Source: a virus (taxonomy: Duplodnaviria > Caudoviricetes). Taken from it: a DNA stretch of 64,000 nt. Within the stretch, counting starts at the first letter, position 1. Every line of letters begins with the position of its first letter. The notes beneath the pieces were generated by a model. The model was not told where the DNA came from. It saw only the letters and a program-made list of their open reading frames with translations, and ran no database searches. The stretch is from the IMG/VR virus record IMGVR_UViG_3300036770_005357. One strand, 5' to 3'. The translations under genes and the position numbers were made by a program. This document shows, one piece after another, positions 38,073 through 46,194 of the stretch.

Positions 38073-39140
38073 TTATAACACAAAACTATTTAGTTTTCCA
38101 AATGTTTCCTGTACCCAAACCATATAATTGGGAAGATTATTCCACATTTTGTCTTCTGTTATTAACTTGCTGAACCCCATCTTGTCAATTTTAGGAATTT
38201 GTTTAGCAACTATTTCCTCAATTCTCAACTGTGTAAAAGATTGTATTTGAGTATTGTGTAACTGCATCAATTCATAATTGCGTTCAAGCAATAGCTTATT
38301 ATCCAATACTCTTTCGTAAATCTTATACTTTCCCTTATTATTCTCACTATAATTGTAGATTTGTTGTAAGCAAACCTGTGGTTCTTCACCTAGAAAAGGA
38401 AATGCTTGTAACACTCTCTTCAATCCAACACCATCCAATCCGGGTATGTTATCACTTACATCACCTTCCATAACTCTGTAGAAAACAAAATTCTTGCAGT
38501 TGATTCCGTATTCATCTACAATTTCTTTACAACCAAAAATCTTTTTCTTTACCGGACTCCAAATATTAATCTTATCACTAGCTAACTGCAAAAAATCTTT
38601 ATCCGTAGACATTATTGTTACATTACTATCTTTGAATGTCTGTTTAGCCAAATAAGCAATAGTATCATCAGCTTCTACTTGATCTAGCGCCATTACAGTA
38701 ACAGGCAATACATCCAAATAATTTACAGTACGAATCAATTCTTTTTTGAAATTTTGCGATTCTGTAATACTGTCTGACAACTCTTCGTAAGTTCTATTCA
38801 ACCTAATGTCAGTTCTTCTACCGTTTTTATAACCGGGATATATTTTTCTTCTCTTTTGAGAACCACCTTTACCGTCAAATACAACAATAACCCGTGTAGG
38901 ATTTAATAATTTAATTGCATATCCTACGCTCTTAAGAAATCCAGCAATACCACCTGTGTGTAATCCATCATCATTAAGAGATGGTACCGCCATAAAACTT
39001 CTAATGTAAGTATTTAATCCATCAACAAGAAGAATATCGGAGTTAATATTCTTTTGCAGTCCACTAACTCCGACATCTTCTTTTATGTTCTCAAATAACG
39101 AGAACAGTTTCTTTCGTTCGTTGGAAGTAAATCCACTCAT
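38073..39140 (-). CDS. 5'-3' exonuclease / flap endonuclease (T4 RNase H-like)
   Basis: LLVDGLN, VVFDG, YPGYK, EADD, STDKDFLQL, GDVSDNIPG. Confidence 0.92.
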   Translation of the reverse strand: MSGFTSNERKKLFSLFENIKEDVGVSGLQKNINSDILLVDGLNTYIRSFMAVPSLNDDGLHTGGIAGFLKSVGYAIKLLNPTRVIVVFDGKGGSQKRRKIYPGYKNGRRTDIRLNRTYEELSDSITESQNFKKELIRTVNYLDVLPVTVMALDQVEADDTIAYLAKQTFKDSNVTIMSTDKDFLQLASDKINIWSPVKKKIFGCKEIVDEYGINCKNFVFYRVMEGDVSDNIPGLDGVGLKRVLQAFPFLGEEPQVCLQQIYNYSENNKGKYKIYERVLDNKLLLERNYELMQLHNTQIQSFTQLRIEEIVAKQIPKIDKMGFSKLITEDKMWNNLPNYMVWVQETFGKLNSFVL

Positions 39141-40276
39141 TCTTCAGAACCAGCAGTTTCTTCTTCCGTATCAACAACAGCATCCTCAACAATTTGACTA
39201 TTGGGATCCTTGTACTTCATAATCACAGCTTCACAAATCTTAAGATAAAGTTCTTCTTTAAGTTTTTCATCAGATTGCATTGTGCTTACAAAGTCCTTAG
39301 ATTGAAACTTCCAATCTTCGCCATTATCCTTCTTATAGGAATAATAAGCGCCGCCTTGTTTAATAATACTATTGTCTTTCAGAATCTTAATCCAACTACT
39401 ATAGTCAGCAATACCACTGTCAAAGTAGATCTCAAAGTTAGCTTGTCTCTGAGGCGGACCCATTCTGTTCTTGATAACAACCGCCTTACACTCATTACCG
39501 ATGATTTCTTCACCCTTCTTGAGCTTACCAGTGTTATTCAAACGAACTCGTACACTACAATGATAAGCAAGTGCCTTACCACCACTCACCACATACTTGT
39601 CACCGAATGCCATAGCATTTAGGTTTTGACGAAGCTGGTTAGTAAATACAGTGAGAACCTTTTGCTTACCAATCATGTTGGTGATCTTTCTCATAGCCTT
39701 ACTAATAATAATACTCTTACCAGTAGCGAAACCATCTTTACCATGTTCACTTTCCAACTCAGCCTTTGTAGAAGCTGCGGCTACAGAGTCAATGATAAGT
39801 GTAAGAATACGATCCTTATTGCTCTTACGAACGATTGCGATCATTTGTTCCATCTTTTCAAAGATATCTTCAACGGTTTCACATTGAACATACAGAAGTT
39901 TAGACAGATTTACACCAAGGCTCTTCCAGAATTCCGGAGCAGCTGCATTTTCAGTATCAATTACGACTGCAACACCACCCTTGCGTTGTGTTTCAGCACA
40001 AATATGAGCCGATACTAGACTCTTACCAGTACCTTCCAATCCGTTAAATTCAACCATCTTTCCTACAGGCAATCCACCGTGTGGGCGGTTGCTAATAGCT
40101 AAATCTAACAGTGAAGAACCTGTACCGATCCAATCACTAACTTCTGCTGGATTTTCTTCTTCATCCAAGAAATAAGCGATCTTACCACCGTCTTTATTTG
40201 CTTTGTTTAACTCATTTGCCAATAACTCAACAAGTTCATCTCGTTGATTAGTTTCTTTATTAGATTTTTTTGCCAT
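39137..40276 (-). CDS. recA: RecA/UvsX recombinase
   Basis: GGLP.GK..E..GLEGTGKS, IDTENA, IIDSVAA, FTNQLR, GGKAL, KNR. ATG at 40276 (MAKKS). Confidence 0.92.
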   Translation of the reverse strand: MAKKSNKETNQRDELVELLANELNKANKDGGKIAYFLDEEENPAEVSDWIGTGSSLLDLAISNRPHGGLPVGKMVEFNGLEGTGKSLVSAHICAETQRKGGVAVVIDTENAAAPEFWKSLGVNLSKLLYVQCETVEDIFEKMEQMIAIVRKSNKDRILTLIIDSVAAASTKAELESEHGKDGFATGKSIIISKAMRKITNMIGKQKVLTVFTNQLRQNLNAMAFGDKYVVSGGKALAYHCSVRVRLNNTGKLKKGEEIIGNECKAVVIKNRMGPPQRQANFEIYFDSGIADYSSWIKILKDNSIIKQGGAYYSYKKDNGEDWKFQSKDFVSTMQSDEKLKEELYLKICEAVIMKYKDPNSQIVEDAVVDTEEETAGSEE

Positions 40277-40290
40277 AACAGGTATAACTA

Positions 40291-40324
40291 GAAAACCGGT
40301 GGCATATAAAAATACCACCGGTTT
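40291..40324 (-). terminator. Terminator-like hairpin after the SSB gene
   Basis: CCGGUGGUAU/AUGCCACCGG stem, followed by UUUUCU. Confidence 0.65.
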
Positions 40325-40334
40325 AATTTATTTT

Positions 40335-41162
40335 TTAGGAGTTAAACAAATCGTCAAAAGCAGCGGTAACATCGTCCGTTGCAGCTGACTTAGCCTTGGC
40401 AGCACTTGGAGATGCTGTCGGCTTGGAAGCAGCTGGAGCAGCTGCTGGTTGTGCTGGAACATCGTCATCATCAGCAGAAACTACTGGTGTTTCGGTTGTC
40501 TCAGCAGTGTCAGGATTCAACCACTTATCCATGACATCCTTAAGTTCATCATAAGAGAACTCAGGAAATAGATCAAGAATGTTAACTTGAGACTTGAGTG
40601 CTTCAAGCAACTGAGCGTTCTTCGGATCAACAGCGATACTCGTATTTGGCTTAACACGAATATTAGTTTCAGGGAAACTCTTACCAGATTCATCGCCAGT
40701 CTTGAACTCAACAACAATGTCTCGTCCACTGGTCAAGTCGGTAATATCACCGAAATCGGGATCGCTGATAATAGAAAGCAGCTCTTGATAAACTTGCTTG
40801 CCAAATCCCCAAAACTTGACACCTTCATGTTCCTCACCGCGAACGATGACAGGAGCAAAAGTACGCATCTTGGGTTCCATCTTACGACCCATCTTCCAAT
40901 CCTCCTTATCACCGGTCTTCTTGAGACGGTTACTGAACTCAACAATAGGATCTGGACGACCGAAACTATCAGGACTCAAATATGTCTTACCATTAATGTT
41001 GTAATGAAACTTGAGTTCAATGAAAGGATTTTCCGGAACATACTTATAGGGAACAATACGAACAACTTGCTTGCCCGGCTTGGGCTTCCAAATAAGATTG
41101 GACTTTTGATTTGTGTTTGAAAGAGAGTTCAAACGACTCTTTAGTTTACTAATGTCTAGCAT
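40335..41162 (-). CDS. Single-stranded DNA-binding protein (gp32-like)
   Basis: WKPKPG...VRIVP, FHY, DPI, G.K.WGFGK, DITD...GRD, Ala/Pro linker, acidic tail FDDLFNS. Confidence 0.88.
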   Translation of the reverse strand: MLDISKLKSRLNSLSNTNQKSNLIWKPKPGKQVVRIVPYKYVPENPFIELKFHYNINGKTYLSPDSFGRPDPIVEFSNRLKKTGDKEDWKMGRKMEPKMRTFAPVIVRGEEHEGVKFWGFGKQVYQELLSIISDPDFGDITDLTSGRDIVVEFKTGDESGKSFPETNIRVKPNTSIAVDPKNAQLLEALKSQVNILDLFPEFSYDELKDVMDKWLNPDTAETTETPVVSADDDDVPAQPAAAPAASKPTASPSAAKAKSAATDDVTAAFDDLFNS

Positions 41163-41219
41163 AATTTTAATTGATTAATTGTTAATTGTTTAATTAGATA
41201 ATTGATAATTATTTAAGTA
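41162..41219 (-). promoter_or_regulatory. Putative SSB translational operator: seven AAUUA repeats in a 57-nt G-free leader
   Basis: TAATT on the + strand at 41162, 41168, 41176, 41183, 41191, 41199 and 41206; no SD. Confidence 0.65.
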
Positions 41220-41260
41220 CTTACTCAAGTATAAAACGAACTATCAATAAATACATATTA

Positions 41261-42166
41261 TCACAAAAGATAATCTTGTAAACTTATTTTAGTAAACAAT
41301 TTTTTAACCTCGTCGTACCGCCAAAATTCACATTTTAAAAAATTAATAATATTAATCATTCGGTTAATATCTTTTTTTCTCAATGATCCATTCGGATAAT
41401 AATGTCGGGGTTCATCATATTCAACTACAATATTTTTTTCTACATCATACGCATCTAGCCAATAACCCAATTCTTTTATATAAAATTCACCGCCATTTAA
41501 AGCATGTCTCAGTTTCCATCCATATTCTTTATTAAGTTGTTCAAAATATTCACATGCTTTTAAATTGAAATTTGGACAAATTTTACCATGTTTCATTTCC
41601 AACTCTTGAAGTTTTTTAAGTCTCATTTTAGTTTTGACTTCACTTCTTTTAGCCGGATTTTTGTCGCCTGTAAATTTTCCCTTTAAAGATTCACTAATTT
41701 TTATTTTTGATTCAACATTATGATTTTTTCCATACATCGGATGATTTGGACCTCGCATACCAACCTTACCTAAGTGTTTATTTCTTATTTTTTCTTTTGT
41801 TTCATCTGTATGTTTTTTGCCGTACATAGGATGATTTTTTCCCTTTATTTTTTTACTTATATTATTTCTTTGTTCCGGCGATAAAATTCTTCCTTTGTTT
41901 TTTGAAGAAATTTTATTTTTACTGACACATGTATGATTTTTTCCATGCATGGGGTTGTTTTGACCACTATAATTTCTACACATCATACATTTAGATTTTT
42001 TATTAATTTGACGGATCATATCAAGTTTAAGACCATATAATTGAATAGATTCACACCCATCACATTTTTTAAAGTATTTTCTAGTATTATTAATTAAAAT
42101 ATACGGATAATCTTTTGATCTATCATAAAAACACTCATATACACAATCATTTATAGTAATATTCAT
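41261..42166 (-). mobile_element. Free-standing homing endonuclease with NUMOD3 repeats and C-terminal PD-(D/E)XK (DUF559/Vsr-like) domain
   Basis: NPMHGKNH, HPMYGKKHTDETKEKI, HPMYGKNH repeats; LDAYD...VVEYDE..H. Confidence 0.8.
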
Positions 42167-42229
42167 AATATAGTTTAGTTATATCAATAGCCATAAATAA
42201 ATATAAAACAAAAATACAAAAGTATTATA

Positions 42230-42628
42230 TTAAGCTGAAACTATAGAAAATAGTTTTAATGGAACAACTTTTACCCCAATTTCATTGGTTAGGATGATAC
42301 AATCCTTATACAGATCCCAATTTAATTGGTATGATTTATCGTATACACCGCCGTTTTCTTCAGCAATGAGCTTGTTCATAGCATTGAGTGTATATAGTGT
42401 ATTTGTTTGTTTTTTACGATGTATACTAATAGTACCTTTATAACGATTATTTTGTTGTCCTTTTAATATATTAAAGGTTAGATATAACTCTTTTAAATTC
42501 TTTTCATTCACAAAAACAAACAGTTTCCGATCAATTAAATCATATTGATATTTAACTTCGTCTATAACTTGATTGTAATTGGTACTATTAGCAAATGTAC
42601 ACAATAATTGTTTTTGTGGTAAATTCAT
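42230..42628 (-). CDS. Hypothetical phage protein
   Basis: 132-aa ORF in operon; LLCTF and HRKKQTNTLYTLNAMN. Confidence 0.7.
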   Translation of the reverse strand: MNLPQKQLLCTFANSTNYNQVIDEVKYQYDLIDRKLFVFVNEKNLKELYLTFNILKGQQNNRYKGTISIHRKKQTNTLYTLNAMNKLIAEENGGVYDKSYQLNWDLYKDCIILTNEIGVKVVPLKLFSIVSA

Positions 42629-42634
42629 GTTATG

Positions 42635-44464
42635 TTAAGATAGTACATCTACAAAACCAGCAAAATTTTTTCCTTCTTTTGCAGTGAAATTAATTAATGT
42701 CTTATTTGTTTTTTTGTTTATTATTTTAATTGTTACTTTACCGGGTTCATTTACAATATCAATGTCAGATAAATCTAATGAAGGATGTTTATCAATTATT
42801 TGTGATTTTCCAGATTTAACTTGTTTGGTACCTACAAGTGCCATTAAAAACTTAGTTTCAGTATCTTCAAATCCCATTACTTTTAATACATTTTTAATAA
42901 ATTTATCTCTATTTTCGGTTGAAGATGTATAAAAAGATTTTAATTTATTAGCTACTTTTTCAGCTAGATATTGATTAAGAGGATATCTTGCTCTTTCTCT
43001 GATGCCCCTTAAAGCTTCAAGATAATCTTCACTTTCCTTAGCTTTTTTAGCATGCGCTACAGCTAAATTTGCTTCACTTGCATTTTTATTCAATTCTTTG
43101 AATTTAGGATCCGATTTCAATTCTTTCATAAATTGTTCAGCAACATCTTCTCCACATAAATGTTTTACTAAACTATTTTTCGTAGTATTAGCCAAATTAA
43201 CTTGTTTCGTTTGGTACATCTTAAGACTATATGCATCAAGAACTTCTTCACCGGATGATTTTTTGACCTTTAATCTTATATCCGCTTTAAATTCTGCGCC
43301 TTGCAAAAATGATTTATTATCAAGAAATATTTGTAATATATTACCTTTGTTTTTACCAACCGAATTTATTATGTAAGATGCCATATCGTTACTAGCCAAT
43401 GATATGACGGATCGGATTTGTTCATACTTACTACCGGCAGCTTTTCTTAATTTTGCATCCCAATCATTTACAGTAGTTTCTACTTCGGGTATATATCGTT
43501 TACCATTTGCGTCTAATTGTACAACTTTAAAAACCAATCCTTCTGTTAATACAACATCAATTGGAGTTTCATTTTTTTCAATTACATATTTAACAGTCAA
43601 TGCTTCATTATAGTTGCCTCTTATAGCTTCTAATGCACCTTCTGTTTTTATAGAATCTGGATTTTCTAAACCAGTGTTGTCTTTAGCAATTGATGATGGA
43701 ATAGTAATATCAGTTTCTTCACCGGGTGATAAATCTGCCATTGAATTATCAACTAAACGACTTACGGTACTTTTAAAATAAGATTTAACTTTATTCCAAG
43801 TAGATTTTAAAATATCACTTACTTTAGTTAAAAGAGATTCATTAGTTACAATTAACGGTTTATTAATTTTTTCATCAAATATTTGTTCGCCAATCAGATT
43901 TCCTTCAGTATCATACCATGTCAAACCTTTGTTGTAAAAACCGTACCTTTTAGCTTCATCTACACTATAGTTTACTAAAGGAGTTTCTCCAGTCAAAATA
44001 TAATCTACGGCATGTGCATCTACTACTTTTTCTTTTGGAGTTCTATCTTCATAACTATCTTCAGACGCATCGTCTGCGTTTTTTGCTAATTCCGTATCTA
44101 TAGGCACACTGCCTTTTGGCTCTTCAGGTTTTTGTTCAATATCAACAGGTGGTTCCGTAAATATGTTTGTTTCACCCTTCTTAGGATTTTCAGCAAAATG
44201 AGTACCCTTATTTATTGCTCTATCACGATATTCTTTGTTTGGAAATGTGACAAGTATACCATCTTTATTATAAGCCTGTCTGTCAGGAAATTTACCAGCT
44301 TCAAATAATTGTGCGGTTTTATTTACAATTGTTTCAATATCAAAACCAGCGTTTTCAAGATATTCTTGAAGCACAAAAACATGATCTGCGTTTTTCAGAT
44401 CTATAACACCATTTTTAATACGGTTATCGCAACATACATCATTTAATACGGATTTAAAGTTCAT
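42635..44464 (-). CDS. Large late hypothetical protein with possible PD-(D/E)XK-like nuclease core
   Basis: GNYNEAL helix, KADIRL and AYSLK motifs in the expected order; tandem TATTTATA upstream. Confidence 0.4.
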   Translation of the reverse strand: MNFKSVLNDVCCDNRIKNGVIDLKNADHVFVLQEYLENAGFDIETIVNKTAQLFEAGKFPDRQAYNKDGILVTFPNKEYRDRAINKGTHFAENPKKGETNIFTEPPVDIEQKPEEPKGSVPIDTELAKNADDASEDSYEDRTPKEKVVDAHAVDYILTGETPLVNYSVDEAKRYGFYNKGLTWYDTEGNLIGEQIFDEKINKPLIVTNESLLTKVSDILKSTWNKVKSYFKSTVSRLVDNSMADLSPGEETDITIPSSIAKDNTGLENPDSIKTEGALEAIRGNYNEALTVKYVIEKNETPIDVVLTEGLVFKVVQLDANGKRYIPEVETTVNDWDAKLRKAAGSKYEQIRSVISLASNDMASYIINSVGKNKGNILQIFLDNKSFLQGAEFKADIRLKVKKSSGEEVLDAYSLKMYQTKQVNLANTTKNSLVKHLCGEDVAEQFMKELKSDPKFKELNKNASEANLAVAHAKKAKESEDYLEALRGIRERARYPLNQYLAEKVANKLKSFYTSSTENRDKFIKNVLKVMGFEDTETKFLMALVGTKQVKSGKSQIIDKHPSLDLSDIDIVNEPGKVTIKIINKKTNKTLINFTAKEGKNFAGFVDVLS

Positions 44465-44475
44465 TTAGTATAAAT

Positions 44476-44489
44476 TATAAATATAAATA
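44476..44489 (-). promoter_or_regulatory. Tandem TATTTATA putative late-promoter motifs
   Basis: Copies at 44476-44483 and 44482-44489, before the ATG at 44464. Confidence 0.5.
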
Positions 44490-44492
44490 TAT

Positions 44493-45773
44493 TTAAACTA
44501 ATACTAAATCATTGTAATTCTTTCCTTTGTAAACCTTTACCTTAAATCGTTTATTCTTAATAATTTCTATCAAATCAACTATTTCAGATTCTTCTACATT
44601 GCCCACATCAAACAATATAGCGTCATAATTGTACAATATAGGAAGTATTTCTTTACCACTTACATATTTCAAACAAGCATTCAATCTATCAATACCATAC
44701 TCAGTTTCAGTAGCTTGTATGATATATGCAAACAGTTTATTTTTATTTGCGTCTACGATGTGTTTATTTGATATCTTACGCTTATAAATCGGAGTGGTTA
44801 CATAACCTCTAGATTCAAACTTTTGCCAATATTCATCCTTAAGTTTCTCAACAGCAGCAAAATATGGTATATCACAATACTGTTTAGGTATTTGACCATA
44901 TAGGTTTACCATCGTAAGTTTCTTACTTTTACCCAATAATTCAGCACTTACAGTATCGGTTTTATAATAGTATTTAGCTAAATGTTCGTATATCGTCTGG
45001 TTATCCGGTACTTTATAATCTACCAGATTAGCAACAATATATGGATGAAATCCCGTGAAATCCACCATCAGTAGATGACCGTTTTCATATCTAGATACAA
45101 AACTAGCTCTAGACCCATCATCCTTCTTAAGTGCTACATAATTTACACCGTCATAACAGTTACTAGGTCTACCGGTTGGATTATAGATATGATAGTCGGT
45201 ATATACAAAATTCTTGTATGTTCGTGCTTCAAAGTACTTATCGTATACATCTTTATCAATCTTTATACCATTCTTTTCCACTTGATAAAGCGTTTCACTA
45301 ATAACATTATTGAAGAATTTGAAACAATAAGTGTCCGTTTTATATTCACCCAAGTCTTTTACTTGTTCCACTTCAGTATCAAAGATTTTCTGATGAACTG
45401 CATATGGCAATATCAAATTAAAATCTTTTATATTACGATTTGATATCAAAAATGTATTCTTGCATAAATCATCAGGTTCATCTATTACTTCATTGTTTCT
45501 AATGAAACTAAACAGATTTACATCAATTAACTCACAATTCAACCAATACTTATAGGTCTTCTTATTGTTTACATAAACAGTTTTATCACTCAATGAGTTT
45601 TTGAATTCTTCAAATGTACAATCACTTGGCAAATCTGTGTGGGTAAAATTGATATAATTCTTATCACCGGTTGTATAATCATAAACAAATGCAGCAATAG
45701 GTTTATTGCACACATTATGACGATTTATGTCTTGTGTGATAAGTTTTAAATATATCTTATTGGATAACCGCAC
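44493..45773 (-). CDS. Compact family A DNA polymerase-like protein
   Basis: TGRPS, R.SFV, motif A VDF, motif B KK.....LYG, IQAT, motif C YDA. Only 426 aa; GTG start. Confidence 0.75.
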   Translation of the reverse strand: MRLSNKIYLKLITQDINRHNVCNKPIAAFVYDYTTGDKNYINFTHTDLPSDCTFEEFKNSLSDKTVYVNNKKTYKYWLNCELIDVNLFSFIRNNEVIDEPDDLCKNTFLISNRNIKDFNLILPYAVHQKIFDTEVEQVKDLGEYKTDTYCFKFFNNVISETLYQVEKNGIKIDKDVYDKYFEARTYKNFVYTDYHIYNPTGRPSNCYDGVNYVALKKDDGSRASFVSRYENGHLLMVDFTGFHPYIVANLVDYKVPDNQTIYEHLAKYYYKTDTVSAELLGKSKKLTMVNLYGQIPKQYCDIPYFAAVEKLKDEYWQKFESRGYVTTPIYKRKISNKHIVDANKNKLFAYIIQATETEYGIDRLNACLKYVSGKEILPILYNYDAILFDVGNVEESEIVDLIEIIKNKRFKVKVYKGKNYNDLVLV

Positions 45774-45779
45774 AATATA

Positions 45780-45808
45780 ACACTACACCAAAACAAATTA
45801 TTTGTCAA
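45780..45808 (-). promoter_or_regulatory. sigma70 promoter TTGACA-N17-TAGTGT, leaderless geometry
   Basis: -10 lies 6 nt before the GTG at 45773. Confidence 0.55.
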
Positions 45809-46194
45809 CTCGGTTTATAAAACTGGGTGTAGTTTGTAAAAATATCTTTGACACCCGGAATTTCACTACTGACATCATTTACTTGTTTACGGTTAAAATC
45901 AACAACTCCTTGTTGTATCAACATATTTCCTTGATATTTGTTGTTCAAAGTACCTGTTATTTTCCATCTAAACTTTATTTTTTTATACAGAACGGTAGAG
46001 ACAAAACTATAATTGTCTTTTGAGACTTCAATTATTTCATTTGAATTAATTCTACCTACGACATAACGGTCTATGAATCCGATTCTATAATCATTTTGAT
46101 TGGGTTGTGGCAAAAACGCTATAGGTAGATTTAGATTAAAATCGCCCAGATCTAATTTCATTTTTACAGAATCAGATGTATCTTTTATGTTCAT
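45805..46194 (-). CDS. Hypothetical (baseplate-region) protein
   Basis: 129-aa ORF at the end of the tail operon; P.P...DY..G.I.RY pattern. Confidence 0.6.
   Translation of the reverse strand: MNIKDTSDSVKMKLDLGDFNLNLPIAFLPQPNQNDYRIGFIDRYVVGRINSNEIIEVSKDNYSFVSTVLYKKIKFRWKITGTLNNKYQGNMLIQQGVVDFNRKQVNDVSSEIPGVKDIFTNYTQFYKPS

Noticed and set aside
34548-40276. Inteins or introns in nrdJ, helicase or recA
   Set aside because: Lengths are family-typical, catalytic motifs are normally spaced, and no intein C/S...HN signature or reading-frame break is visible.
7941-40318. Extended starts in the ORF track (7941, 14834, 17502, 18638, 22656, 40318)
   Set aside because: They overlap upstream genes or a terminator. 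Downstream ATG/GTG starts (7983, 14861, 17511, 18731, 22623, 40276) give typical coupling and family-typical N-termini.
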